In this document: in pieces, positions 12,870 to 26,290 of the stretch
Layout of the letters: each line of letters starts with the position of its first letter
Position numbering within the stretch: the first letter of the stretch is position 1
Assembly (NCBI RefSeq): GCF_006345805.1
Contig: NC_042998.1
Coordinates: 126,108,001 to 126,172,000 of the forward strand
Direction: 5' to 3'
Length of the DNA stretch: 64,000 nucleotides
Source of the DNA: Octopus sinensis
Taxonomy: Eukaryota
The notes under the pieces: model-generated
Databases searched by the model: none
Told to the model about the DNA's origin: nothing
The model's input: only the letters and a program-made list of their open reading frames with translations
Translations under genes and position numbers: made by a program

Positions 12870-13030
12870 GTGTTTACCTGTGATGGAAAAGCCTCTATCT
12901 GTGTCTGCTGAAGAGTTTTCAGAAGATGTTCGACAGAAAGTTGCTGCTGATTTACATTTAATTGCTACAGATTACACAACAGCAGATAAGGCTGAACTAC
13001 AAAAAAAATATCTCAATAGCAAATTTCAAG
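12870..13030 (+). CDS. AUP1: AUP1 coding exon
   Basis: T-tract plus ttgttag acceptor, gtaaat donor. EEFSEDVRQKVAADLHLIATDYTTADKAE matches AUP1 EEFALRVQQLVA...TPADKAE. Confidence 0.95.
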
Positions 13031-13514
13031 GTAAATGTTCACCAATAAACACTTTTCTAACTTAGTCATTATTATTAAATAGTGGTGTTCAAGAACTCGT
13101 GTAACATAATTTCAATTTTGAATGATTTTCTTTTAAATATAATGGCTAACCTTCAACTTTTTTGCCATTCAAGGGGTCTTTTAATCCAATACTCTACGTG
13201 TTATTATTTATAGCTTCATCTATTTGAAGTTACACCAGTAAAAATAATTCACTATATTTTTATATGTATGGACAAATATATGTATGTGTATAGGTGTAGG
13301 CATAGCTGGATGACAATGAGGTTTGCTTCATAACCTCATGATTTCAGGCTTCTTATCACTGATTGTTATAACCCATGTAATGTTAAAATTTGCATGTTTA
13401 GAAAAACAAAACACCTAGGTTATCTACTCATGAAAACCAACACTTACATTAAGGTGAATGTAAGGTATCTCTGAGTAATTAACTAGTGTCTAGCTTTCTT
13501 AATATTACAGCCCA

Positions 13515-13740
13515 TTGTAAGGCAGCAAGCTGGCAGAATTGTTAGTATGCCAGGCAAAATGCTTGGCAGCATTTTGTCTGGCCTTACATTCTGAGTTCAA
13601 ATTCTGCCATGGTTGATTTTTCATTTCATTCTTTCTGGGTTGATAAAATAAGTACCAATTGAACACTGGGGTTGATGTTATCAACTTACACCATCCCCTG
13701 AAATTGCTGGCCTTGTGCCAAAATTTGAAATCACTTTTAC
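13515..13740 (+). mobile_element. tRNA-derived SINE (family B)
   Basis: ggcagcaagctggcagaattgttag...ttctgagttcaaattc...gtaccaattgaacactggggt. Copies at 17290-17455(-), 19470-19610, 36180-36390, 45100-45320(-), 45530-45710(-), 53140-53300(-) and 57740-57870. Confidence 0.8.
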
Positions 13741-14076
13741 AGCCATTAGGCTGTGGTTAAGGTAAATAATTCTCCTTACTTCAGCCTTCTTGCCTTACAA
13801 AGTAGGTTCATTTTTACTTGGCTGGGTGGTTAGCCAACCATCATATTCCTTACTAGAATACTTGGTTATGGTATTATGTGGCTTTTAACCATGGTGTTGT
13901 TTCTAAAGGATGCAACAGCTATGGTAAGATGTAAATTTGTGTCTCTATCAGTATGCTATTACTTTAAGTGTATGTCTGAATATGCAAAAAGTAAAGAGTA
14001 AATTTTTTTGTTATTTATACATGGAAATATATATTTGCATATTTCTTGGTAATCTTATTTATATTATTTAAATCAG

Positions 14077-14220
14077 ATGAGATCACTGAACAACACCAAC
14101 AACATAAAGACCAAGATACTGACTTACTGCTGAATATGGATGCAGAGATGCGAAAGATGGTTACCCAAGTACAGGATGTGTTGCCTAATGTATCAATTAA
14201 AGAAATTACTAAAGTCTTAG
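14077..14220 (+). CDS. AUP1: AUP1 coding exon, N-terminal part of CUE domain
   Basis: aatcag/gtttgt. MRKMVTQVQDVLPNVSIKEITKVL fits the CUE pattern (VKEVLPHVP...I..DL). Confidence 0.93.
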
Positions 14221-15339
14221 GTTTGTTATTCTATTTCTGATTTCTCATAATTTTTTGTTTTATCAATATACAAATACAAACTTTTGTTTGCTATTCTTGA
14301 TATTTCGGTAATTGGTTAACTGAAACTTTATTTTTATCAAATACCTCAGTAGAATTTGAAATGATTAATAGTTGCAGTCTTTTGAATTAAAAGCAAAAAT
14401 ATTTCTTTATCTATCGATATTTCACACTAGGCACTAACATGACTATGTAGTTAAAAAGTTCACTTTGCAAGCACATGATCTCCATTCTGTCCCACTGTGC
14501 AGCACTTTGAATACGCATCTTCTACCATAGTCCCAGGCTTACCAGTACCTTGTAACTAGAATTGGCAGGGGAAACTCTATGGAAGCATGTGTGTGCATGC
14601 ATTTGCACAAATGTTAACATTCCAACCAGCTGCTCTATGCTTTTGAAGACCAGCTGAATAAGAAAAAAATCATTTGCATGAAAAACGGTCATAGAGGCTG
14701 ACACAAGAAAGGTATCTCCTCATAAAAATGTTGTCTCAAATATGCTAGCCCGGAAATACGGACATTAAATGGTCAAATAAATATTTTAGTTTTTTTCATT
14801 TTTGTTTAATTATTTATATTATGTCCCACAAGTAAATAAATGTTACATTTATGAAATACATATCTTGACTGATGGTGATAAATTTTTATTTGGTATTTTC
14901 GAGAAAAAGTACTTCAAAATCGAGGTCTGCAACAGTTTGAAAGAAAAGAAAGACAAACATAGGCTGCATTAAAATAGCAATTTAGGCAACTTAGGTTAAC
15001 TATGATTTAAGCATAAACATTAATGTAGTTTCTGACTTGTCCTCACAATTCTTGCGTTACTAACTTTACTAGTCTTAGAAATTATTCCCTTTAGAAATGG
15101 ACAATCCAAGTAGAGAACAGCAACAAAAGAGACCCACTAAAGTCATTTCAATATTTTAAAGAATTGAATGTAATCATGGTGATGAGGAACCAATAAACTA
15201 TCATTGGTTAATGAAGATGTTTAACTTTTGTTAGTAATCTGTATTATTGGCTCTAGAATATAGTTGTGAATTACGAAATAGAATTGAGAATGAGATAAAA
15301 ATCTCAGCGTTTATTATATTTTGAAACCTTTATTTCTAG

Positions 15340-15479
15340 CTCAAACGAAAGATGTTGACACAACAATAACCAATATTTTGGAAACTCAAAGCACTTCAGA
15401 AAATAGTAAATCTACTTCTGGTTCTTCATCTGAAAATATATCCAATGGATACACGACAACAGAGGCATTACCAGCTGCT
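15340..15479 (+). CDS. AUP1: AUP1 coding exon, end of CUE domain plus Ser/Thr-rich linker
   Basis: tttctag/gtaagt. AQTKDVDTTITNILE matches the CUE C-terminus TGCVDLTITNLLE. Confidence 0.93.
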
Positions 15480-15507
15480 GTAAGTCTTCTAAAAGATTCA
15501 TTTATTA

Positions 15508-15895
15508 TATTTCTGGCTGATGCCAGTACCGCCTGACTAGCACGTAAAAAGCACCATTCAGATGTGGCTGATGCCAGTGCCGCTTTACTGACATGTAAAA
15601 AGCATCATTCGAGCATGGCTGATGCCAGTGCCATCTGACTGGCACCTGTGCTGGTGGCACGTAAAAAGTACCATTCAAGCACGGCCAGTGCCGCCTGATT
15701 GGCACCCATGTCAGTGACACGTAAAAAGCACCCACCACACTCTCGGAGTGGTTGGCATTAGGAAGGGCATACAATGGTAGAAACCTTGCCAAATCAGAAT
15801 GGAGCCTGGTGCAGCCCCCTGGCTTACCAGTTCTCACTCAAACTGTCCAACCCATGCCAGCATGGAAAGCGGACGTTAAACGATGATGATGATGG
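15508..15895 (+). mobile_element. LINE 3'-tail fragment with ~50-bp tandem units, starting ~30 bp after an AUP1 donor
   Basis: Repeated cacgtaaaaagcacc units; tail aaacgatgatgatg. Confidence 0.88.
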
Positions 15896-16043
15896 GTTTA
15901 CACTAGTATTTTATATCATCATGGCTGTGTGGTAAGTAGCATGCGTACTAACCACATGGTTCTGGGATCAGTCCCACTGCGTGGCATCTTGGGCAAGTGT
16001 CTTGTGAGTGGATTTGGTAGACGGAAACTGAAAGAAGGTCATC

Positions 16044-16075
<32 letters not shown>

Positions 16076-16634
16076 GTTTGTGTGTCTGTGTTTGTCCTTA
16101 TAACTTAGCAGTTCGACAAAGGGGACCAATAGAATAAGTACTAAAGGCAGTGCTCCAGCATGGCCGCAGTCAAATGACTGAAACAAATAAAAGAATTTAT
16201 ATATTTATACACACGCACGCACACATATACGAAGTCACTGTTTTTCTTTTTATGGGTGCCTTTAAGCAGGAGTTGGTTGAGAAATAACTTAAAGTTAAGG
16301 TATAACCTTATTTCAGTTAAATGAAAGCACTTAGAGTGTAGGAGTGGGTGTATATGATTCTAGTAAAATACTAAGTGTTTATTGATGCAGTTTTGATGAT
16401 AATAATAATAATTTCTGCCACTAGTACAAACAACGAATTTGCAAAAGAGTACCATAGTCAGTTTAAGCATCCCTAGTACTTACCTGGAATTTGATTGATC
16501 CTGAGAAGATTAAAAAGATGAAAGTGAAGCATATCAGACTAGAAAGAGGCACGACTAAATACCATAGGCTGTTCATATTTGATACAGTTCTATTTCTACT
16601 GTTTTATTGCCTTGTTAATATTAATAACAATAAG

Positions 16635-16892
16635 CCTCGACTGGCTTCCGTGCAGGTGGCACGTAAAATGCACAAATCCGACCGTGGCCTATGCCAGCCT
16701 CGCCTGGCACCAGTGCAGGTGTCACGTAAAAAGCACCCACTACACTCACGGAGTGGTTGGCGTTAGGAAGGGCATCCAGCTGTAGAAACATTGCCAGATA
16801 AGACCGGAGCCTGGTGCAGCCTTCTGGCTTCCCAGATCCCCGGTCGAACCGTCCAACCCGTGCTAGCATGGAGAACGGACATTAAACGATGA
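16635..16892 (+). mobile_element. LINE 3'-tail fragment
   Basis: Same family signature; tail aaacgatg followed by (AAT)n. Confidence 0.88.
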
Positions 16893-17773
16893 ATAATAAT
16901 AATAATAATAATAATAACAACAACACAGAAGTCATTAACTGTCCTACATCTTTTGATCGAAAAAGTTGCACATAGCAATAGTGCCCAGAAGAAACATGGA
17001 AAGTTCTGATTAGGATTTAGAATATCACTGATATATATATATAAATATATATAATGAAGAAATAAGTGATATAGATATCCATTTTCTACAGCTCAAGCAA
17101 TTAGCACTCTGATAGAGCTTCAGGAATATAAAATTAAGCAGGAGAGAAACAAATTCAAAGGTCGATGTATATATTCATTCAATCCATATTAACAAAATTC
17201 TCCATGGTATACAATATACATACATAGATGTATTCATCTATATGAGATATAAAATTTCTAAGAAACTTCGGGAGAGGGGATAAGTATATTACATTGACTC
17301 CAGTACTTAACAGGTACTTATTTTATTGACCCCAGAAAGATGAAAGGTAAAGTCAACCTTGGTAAGATTTGAACTCAGAATGTAAAGACAGACAAAATGC
17401 CACTAAGCACTTTGCCCAGTGTGCTTACGATTCTGCCAGCTTACTACCTTTTTGATACATATAAATAAATGTTGGTAAGTGGTTCAACAAGTACAGTTTT
17501 CTAAAAGATCTAAAAGTGATCTAAAAGATTTTGTAGTGTTGGTCTAGGTTAGTAAGCTTCTGTATAGTCATGCAACCTGCTCAGTATGTAGCAGCCAAAT
17601 CTCCCTCAAAAAATTTTTTTACATTCTCTTTAAAATATGAAACACTTCAAATCGTCATACATTGCATACTGGAGAGATCACATTATTTCTATCTCTGATC
17701 TCTTAATCCCTTAGTTTAATTATTTTTCTTTGACTCAGGAATTTTTACTATATTATTTGCATTTCTATTTTAG

Positions 17774-17908
17774 GATACACCAAATGTCTACAAATCTGTA
17801 GCATTCTCATCATCAGGAAAAGTCCGGCAGCAGTCATTAGAAGAACGTAAAAATCAAATGTTATTTAATGCCCGTCAGAGATACCTTCGAAAGCAGAATC
17901 TTAATTGA
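17774..17908 (+). CDS. AUP1: AUP1 last coding exon, G2BR (UBE2G2-binding) motif and stop
   Basis: ctattttag acceptor. RQQSLEERKNQMLFNARQRYLRK matches G2BR RQESLQERKQALYEYARRRF. TGA at 17906-17908. Confidence 0.95.
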   Translation, partial: DTPNVYKSVAFSSSGKVRQQSLEERKNQMLFNARQRYLRKQNLN

Positions 17909-18536
17909 ACATTACTTGTAAGGGATAGAGGAGACAACAAGTGTTTTGTTACTTGGTTCCTTTCTCCTCTCCACATAGCTACATCTTATTCCTCACATCC
18001 TACCCTTTTTTCCCCTTCCATCTCTTTTTGCTTCTCCTTCTCATTCTTCTCTTACCTTCCATCCACACTTCTTTGATGATGCATTCTATTTTGTGGTTGT
18101 ATCCATTTAGTTTGTCTCAATCACCATCAATGATTGTTTCCCTGGAATCTTGCTAGCAATATTTTGATTCTTTCAAAGAAAGTATTTGATCAAATGTTGG
18201 AGGAATTTGCCAATGAAGTACACCCTTGTTACAAGTGAACTGGGCCTCTTTAGAAATTTGGTAGAAGTCAAGAGGTGGGCATGTGTGTGTGTGTGTATGT
18301 GTGAAAGAGGGAGAAAGAGCATGCAACCATTTGCTTGCCTTGAGTTTTTATGTTTTTATTTTACTTCAATATTTTATTTTATTTCAAAATATTTTGGTTT
18401 GGTTTAATTTCATGCAAAAAATAAATACTGTGGATCCAATTTTTGCTGTGAGTTTTTAACATTCTGTGTAATCCCCTTGTTTAAATAGCATGGCATCAGG
18501 GTTCAGCAGCTACAAACAAATCAGCTGTACAAACAT

Positions 18537-18572
<36 letters not shown>

Positions 18573-19097
18573 ATCCTGTAATTCTCTGTTAGTGTGCTTT
18601 ACAAGCATTTGTGTGCACTGCTGTGGAGTTTGGGATTTTTTTTTTGTTTGTTTTTGTTTTTTGTGGATTTGAAGTTCTTACAGAGTGGATTGTGTATGGA
18701 TGTACACACACTAGGCAAATTGAAGTTAAGATAATTCAACACATTTGAAACATTTTGATGTTTTTGCAGGTTTTTATTAATTTTCCCCCCTTATTTTTCC
18801 TTTTAGTTCCTGTTAAAGCTTTGGTTTTTCAGAAATTTAAACTTTTTAAAATTTGTGTGTGTATATAGATAAATACACATGCATAAAACTTTACTACTCT
18901 ATAAACTCCTTTGGAAATATGGGAAGAATATGTGTATATATATAACTTGGTTATAAAGATTTCCATAGTTGTTGACTGTTATTAAAAGAAAAGAGATGAT
19001 CCAGTGGATTGGAAGCAATAATGGATCAAAACACACTTGTTCTAATGGATTGGAGGCAAATATATGAAACGACTAATTAAAATTCAAGACTTCTGGC

Positions 19098-19103
19098 AAT
19101 AAA
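19098..19103 (+). promoter_or_regulatory. Candidate AUP1 polyadenylation signal
   Basis: AATAAA followed by a T-rich downstream stretch. An alternative AATAAA lies at 18420-18425. Confidence 0.35.
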
Positions 19104-20690
19104 ATATTTTTTACTGAGTTATATTCTCTTTATTTTTTTGACTTCTGCCTCACTAAACTGCTTTGATATTTTGTGAACACTATCAGACTATGAACTGTGA
19201 AGTAAGAAAGTGACTGGTCAGCATCAGCTAATTTATGTGGGAGAGCTGTCTACACTTGAATAGACATGTAATTTTAATTGATGATTGGTGCAAGAGTGCT
19301 GTGTGTGCAGACAGAGGAAGGTACCGGGTAGAGAAAATTATGAGGAGAAAATGGTGAATTTTTCTCTACTGTAGATCACTTGACCCATTTCATTATGCCA
19401 AAAAAAAAAATGAATATTAAAACAATGGCATTGATGAATGCATATGTGTGTATAATCCTTGTCATCAGTGTCATGCTGGCATAATCATTAGTGTGTTGGA
19501 CAAAGATGCATAGCAGCATTTCTTCCATTCTTTATGTTCTAAGGTCATTTGAATTAACCAGCCTCCGTCCCTCTAGATTGCTGGCCTTGTGCCAAAATTA
19601 GGAAGAATTATCACTGTCATTTTATGTTAGCTTTCCACGTATTCAACAAGCTGTCATTGTCTGAGACAGTTCATAGTTGGAGCTACTGTTCTAGATGGGA
19701 TAGAGAACCACATTTTACACTTTTATTTTTTTTTACCTTGTTTTTTTATGGCTGCTTTTTTGCTATAATAGTAAGGAAAATATGAGAGACATAGAAAGCT
19801 TGCAATAGTCTTCAAGAAAAAATAATCAGGTTGACCATTGCCTAATGTGAAGAATTCAGTGGCCACTGTGTGTGTGTGAAAGATTTTACAACCATCATCT
19901 ATATGGACATGGGTTAGATGAATTGATGGGATCTGACATGTTAGATGATATATACATAATCATCATTCTAACAACTATTTTCTGATGCTTGCATGGGTTG
20001 GACGGAATCTAATAAGGCAGATTTTTTTACATCCAGATACTCTTCCTGGCACCAACTCTCATTTGTTTCCAAACAATCTAATATTTCCCCATGACCAGAC
20101 ATGTATGACAGTGATAACCATTTTACAACTATCATGGTGTAAAGACAGGAAAATACACATATATACGGTGGGCTTCTTTCAATTTCCATCTACCAAATCT
20201 ACTCACAAGGCTTTGGTAGGCCTGGGGGTTATAGTAGAAAATACTTGTTCAAGGTGACACACAGTAGGATTGAATCTAGAACCATGAGGTTGAGATACCA
20301 ACTTTGAATTTAACTCATTTGGATTGCCTGAATAACATTGTGTTAGCATATATTTTCGGTTATATTGATTTGACTAGTATTTTGTACCTTTTTTCTATAC
20401 CTAAATATGCCAGCGCAATAGAAACAGTCATAGGTAATGTATGGTGTAATCACAAACTAAAGATGTGATTACACCATTCTTATTTTTGTTTTTTTATACT
20501 CTGAATTTCTTAATTCTTCTAAGTGATATTTCGATTTACATGTCATACATGAAGAATTACCTTGGATGTTTATACTACTTGCATTTATTGGTATCAGATT
20601 GTTTGATATAGTTAACCAAAGATATTTAATACTGAGTGATTTTATAGACATCTGCCTAGATTTATGGATTCCTTTTACTTATTTTATATA

Positions 20691-22210
20691 CACACCCAAG
20701 ACCATGCTAATAGCTTGGGAGTGAAATTTAGGATTTCTCAATTTTCTGTGAATCAATTTTGATAAAACTTTTCCCAGCTGGTTTGCACACTATGCCAACA
20801 CCATTGTTAGGTGTTCATTATTCTGTGTAACATCCTTTCTTTTTTATTTCAGATTCTTCAGTTTTGGGGTGAACCATGCTAATAGCTTTTGAATGAAAAT
20901 AGCCCATCTAGACATTTTTGTATTAGAAAATGAAGGGTAACGATACATATTAAGCATACATTGAGTATATATTTAAGAGAAAACCATAATAATATTATAA
21001 CATTTTTTGACGTAATAAATTATTTAGCTTCATGAGCACTATTTCGACAGATTACTTCAAAAATCCTATTAGTCATAGAAATTGTCAATTTCTTAATAGT
21101 AGCAGGTTGGACTACATTTGTTGCAGCTTTGGTGGTTGCCCATAAGACATCTTTTGATGTAAATTGGCATCTGTCAGCGTAGACATCTTGTTTAATGATG
21201 GACCAAAGATTTTCAATAGGGTTGAGATCCAGAGATGCTGGCTGCCACACCATCAACCTTTCACCTTTTATGCCATAAGACCCTAGTAATGTTTGGGTGG
21301 TCCTAGCAGGGTGGGAGGTAGTGTTGTCATGCATGAATCTGAGATTCTTAGAAGTGACAGTGGTATGTCATCTTGCCAGGGATCCAAAACCTCCAGGTGA
21401 TTGTAGTAGGCGGCCGTTGTCACTTTAACCCCTTCAGGCACTTTGACTGGGCCAAAAAGTCTATCCCCAATGATACCAGCCCACAACATGACTCCTCCAC
21501 CCTGTTGTTGATGTCATAAACATTGATGACACTCATCTCCAAAATAGACCCTATCATTTGCCCAATTATCAGGTCCATCAAGTTTTGTCAGTGAACGGAA
21601 CAACTCGTGTCTAATGTCATGTACTTTTGGACCCATTGTAGCCTCAAACTCCTGTGACGGGGCGTTAAAGGAGGCAGTTTCAGGGTTTCTTGCACAGAAG
21701 CCATGGTCCCGTGGTTTTCAGTACAAGAGGAAGTCTGGAGGTGGTGAAAATGACTTTGCTTGTTTGTCCAGGTTTCCCACATAACTTGCAGCCAATATTC
21801 CTTAAATCCCTAGCTGTCACAGTCTTGGATATCCCACAATCAGATCAGTTCTTCTTTGGTGAATGGTCCTTCAGGAATCGTCTGTGTCCACATGACAACC
21901 TAACTTCTCTGCAGTGACATGAAGAGAGATGCCTTTAACACTTTCTTTGATGATGACAGACTTTTCTTCATTGTTAAGGCCTTTTCCACGTCCCTTTGTT
22001 CTTAGAGAAGAGAGACGCTATTAGCGTGGTACACCCAAAAACTGAAAAATCTGAAATAAAAAAGAAAGAATATTATACAGAATAATGAAAACGTAACAAT
22101 GGTGTCGGCATCGTGTGGAAACCAGCTGGGAAAATTTTTATCAAAATTGATTCACAGAAAACCGAGAAACCCTAAATTTCACTCCTAAGCTAATAGCATG
22201 GTTCTGAGTG
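20691..22210 (-). mobile_element. Tc1-like DD37E (TRT-type) DNA transposon, full-length but decayed
   Basis: ~195-bp TIRs (20691-20886, 22017-22210) in TA context. Transposase remnant HDN...SLDLNPIE has 37 residues between D and E; QQQGGGVMLWAGI is present. Frameshifts and stops throughout. Confidence 0.92.
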
Positions 22211-22879
22211 TATATATATTGTATCTTGTGTATACAAATAGATGTATGACTGCTACTGTTAAGTTTAGAGCACCACTGAGAATATGATCATTCAGTCTGC
22301 TTTCAGTTTAGTGGTTAAGCACATGCTACTCATGATATACAGAGCAAATGTAAGAGAAGTTACTATAAACATAAGTTTGTATTATTTGTTCCATACATAT
22401 GTTTCACTGCTGTGGTTGTTTGTAACTTTGCAATGATGTTCCAAGTGCAATTGGATGTGTATTGGCTGATGGTCTGTATAGAAACAACTTTCTACTGATA
22501 ACAAGAGAACTCCTCAGCTGCCAAGCTCTAGACAGCTCACAAAAAACTAAACAAATTCTTTAAAAACTTTAATCTGTCAAATTTTCAAAAGATACAAAGG
22601 GCATGAATTTCTTTTACATTACATTTGATTTACATATTGGCCTTTAGTTCCCATATCATAAACTTAATGAAAATTTAAACTATATTAATAAACTTTCCAA
22701 CTAACCAAGATTAATAATCAATGGACTAATCAAAAACATGTCAGTCAGAATATCCAGCTTGTCAGCTAATAAGAACATCTTAAAAAAGAATGCTTGGTAA
22801 TAGGACAAGGCCTAATGTTGAAGCAGCTACAACAAACAGATTGAATACTTGGATAATAGTAATTTTAAAACTCATCAAT

Positions 22880-23710
22880 AAAGATGTAAATGATAAGAAC
22901 ATGTGTAACTGGCATTGGCCACAACTACAATTCTAAGCTTGACCTATCTTCTCAAGTACAACAAATCACCAACAGTCTTAGTCACTTGTCATTGCCTCCA
23001 TGAGACTCAAGATCTAAAGATCATATTGCATCACCTCACCCCATGTCTTCCAGGGTTTACCTCTTCCACAGGTTCCCTCTATAGGTAGAGATCAGTACTT
23101 CTTTATGCAGCTGTCCTCATCCATTTGCATCACATGTTCATACCAGCACAATCTTCTCTCTTGCACACTAAATCTGATGCTTCTTATAACCAATTTTTCT
23201 CTTAAGGAACTCACACTCTGTTGTATGTACACACTGACATTGCACATCCAGTTGAGCATACTAGCTTCATTTCTTTCAAACCTTTGCTTGTTCTCTGCAG
23301 TCACGGCCCATGTTTCACTACCATATAGCATGGTTGTTCGCACACAAGCATCATACAATCTGCCTTTCACTCTGAGGGAGAAGCCCTTTATTACCAACAA
23401 AGGTAGCAGCTCTCTGAACTTTGCCCAGCTTGTTCTTATCCTAGTAGCTATGCTCTCAGAGCATCCTCCTCTACTGCTGATTTGGTTACTACTATCTACT
23501 ACTTCCAGATATCTCCCCAGGCATTCCTAGCGCCTACATACCTGACACACACAAAGACTTTTCTGTTAATCTTCTGATACTGCTGCACCTCTTATGTGCC
23601 AATAACTTGCACTGGGTACACCTTATGGAGTTTCTACCTACACCTTTTGTTTATTTTGAGCAGGGCCATCTCCCTGAAGGGATTTGTGACTTGTGGCCTT
23701 CAATCTTCAG
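22880..23710 (-). mobile_element. Older RTE-type LINE 3' fragment
   Basis: KGFSLRVKGRLYDACVRTTMLYGSETW and RLCWYEHV. Confidence 0.85.
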
Positions 23711-24249
23711 TTTCACTGGCCCTGCTGGCTTTTCTTTTGTCAGTGACCTTTTGCTGTGTCTTCATTAACAGGGCTCTTTATAACACAACTGAACCATCTG
23801 TGATTGGGGAATGTGAGGCAGCCTATGTGACATGGAGCCAGCTCAGCTTGTGCCCTGCCAATGTCCATCCCCTTCTCCCCTCTATGGACAACTCAAAAGA
23901 AATGGGACACCTTGCAGTGTAGCATAACTGCAAATGAGTTAGTGCGCTGACTTGACTAGCACTGTCAGGCATGTTTTTGCTTAGCTTCCAAGCCTCACAA
24001 CAGAGTTTGGCTCAATGTGATACCATTACTCACAACTGGCACTCAGCTTGACAGGACTGTCTGTGCATAGGCATTTCCCTGAGGCTTGGTCTTCAAATCT
24101 GGGAGCCTTGTGAATGCTGTTGCAGATTCACTGTGGATTCTTTTGGCCTCCACCCAGTCATGCGGTCATAGTGCTGACCACCTTCCATGGCTTAGATGCT
24201 GCAGGCTTACCATTGCAGCTCAAGCCAGTGGGGCTAGAGCAAGGGGATG

Positions 24250-25620
24250 TACAACATCAGTATGCATGTACAACTAAGTGCAAATGTATTGAGAGAAAAG
24301 TTGGACGTAAGTGAATAAAATGTAGCATACAAGAGAGAAGACTATGTTGGTTTGGACATGTGATGTGAATGAATGAGGACAGCTGCATAAAGAAGTGCCA
24401 GTGGATGGTACCCATGAAAGAGAGAGATCCAGAAAGATGTGGGATGAAGTGGTAAGGACCAATCTCAGGATATAGGGCCTCACAGAGAAAATGACAATGG
24501 ACTGAAATGTGTTCTAGAAGCACAGAAAACTTCTCACACACTTTACCAAAACAAACCAAACTACATCTCTTCTCTTCCTTACACTTCCACTTCATGCACT
24601 ATACTTATCTCCCACTTTCCAATCTTGTCCTCTTGGCTTTGTCCCACTATATCATTGCTCTCCACTAGCCCCCAACCTGTGTGTTCCACCCACATGCTCT
24701 GTCTCATTGTATCATTGATATTTGCTAGCCCCCGACCTGTGTGTTTCACTCACACTTAGCAAGAAAAATTTTCACACAACCTACCCCAACACACCAATCT
24801 ACATCTCTTCCTCACATTTCCTCCTTCATACTCTATGCCTACCTCTTCCTCTGTATCATTGCTCTCTGATAGCCCACCAACTCTATATATACCCAGGCTT
24901 TTACCACTCACCTCGTTCCGCACTCTCTAATCATGCTTCCTTGCAATATCCTACCACTTATATTATGATGTTCAAACCTCAAGTGTATACCCTAGCACTT
25001 GCCATCATTTATATCTCTCTCTTCCTTTACTCAACCATCCCATTTATATTCTGATCCCTGTCCCTTTTGAATATGCCTGGCACTTTGCCACCATCTCTAT
25101 CCTACTGTCTCCCACTCTTTCTCTCCTTCCCCTGCATTTCCCTCAGGCTGGGTAACCATGTATTTCCTTTGAAGCAGTGCACCTGTTTCTGTCTTCATTT
25201 CTGATCTCTCTCTTTCTCCCCAGCCAGGTAACCTTGTACCTCCTCTACAGCAAGACACCTGTTTCTGTCTCATTATAACCTTTCATCATCTGAAACAAAA
25301 TAACTTCCTCCAATGCCCGCCTCCCTTCTAAAAAGAGATTTTCTTGTCTTGCAAGTACTTGGTGACCCTGTCAATGCAGGTGCCACTTAAAAGCACCCAG
25401 TTCACACTGTAAAGTAGTTGGCATTTGGAAGGGCATCCATCTGTAAAAACTTCACCAAAACTGACCTCACCTGTGCTTGTGCCATGTAAAAAGCACTAAG
25501 TCCACTCTGCTGAGTGGCTGGCTGGTATAGGCTTCTGCCCAGCCAGCTCCTCTCAAACTATCCCACCCATACCAGCATGGAAGCAGACGTTAAGTGATGA
25601 TGTTGATGATGATGATGATA
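24250..25620 (+). mobile_element. Older RTE-type LINE 3' end with long pyrimidine-rich 3'UTR and (GAT)n tail
   Basis: ERRLCWFGHV...WDEVV remnant, tail aagtgatgatgttgatgat at ~25593-25620. A short RT fragment (GVHQGLILS) follows at 25630-25780. Confidence 0.7.
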
Positions 25621-26097
25621 TATATATAGGGATGTTGTCAGTAAGGTGAAAGCTGGCAACATGTATAGCAATGAATTCAGTGTACAGATAGGAGTTCACC
25701 AGGGATTGATTCTCAGCCACTTATTGTTTATCATAGTCCTCCAGGCCATAACAGAGGAATTTAAGACAGGCTGCTCTTGGGAGTTTAAATCAGAGTATAT
25801 ATATTATTATTATAGTTATTGTATAAAAAAGACTTTCTTAGTTGCTTTTTGTTGGTAACTTATCAAGACTCTGGGTTTGTTTACAAATATTATATATAGT
25901 ACTAGATAAATGTTACTTTAAATCAGAGCATATATATTTTATTATGATATATTATCATATAGAATGGTTGTCTACTGTCAATCTAATATGAACGTGACAG
26001 TAGGGGGGTAGACCACCGCTGTTTAGCCCTAGGAAGCATCGACACATTTTTCCTGTGTCCTTATATACATTTACTAAGGGGAGACAAACACCCCCAG

Positions 26098-26156
26098 CTG
26101 CATCTAGAGACACACGTGTTTCAGGATCATTGTCCTTCGTCAGTCTAGACTAGCAG
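26098..26156 (-). ncRNA. Type I hammerhead ribozyme, inverted copy
   Basis: Reverse complement reads ctgctagTCTAGA-CTGACGA-AGGAcaatgaTCCT-GAAAC-acgtgt-GTC-TCTAGAtgcag. All core nucleotides are intact. Confidence 0.83.
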
Positions 26157-26231
26157 ACGCCGGTCAGCTGTTGATATTTGCCTAGATATATACATTGCGA
26201 GTTGAGGCAAATATCAACAGCTGACCGGCGT

Positions 26232-26290
26232 CTGCTAGTCTAGACTGACGAAGGACAATGATCCTGAAACACGCGTGTCTCTAGATGCAG
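26232..26290 (+). ncRNA. Type I hammerhead ribozyme, minimal form with palindromic stem III
   Basis: Stem I TCTAGA (26239-44 / 26280-85), core CTGACGA (26245-51), stem II AGGA-caatga-TCCT, GAAA (26266-69), stem III C-acgcgt-G, and GTC cleavage triplet ending at 26279. Confidence 0.85.

Noticed and set aside
22880-25620. Twin-priming 5' inversion explaining the head-to-head LINE fragments
   Set aside because: Both fragments cover the same C-terminal ORF region, so they are independent insertions.
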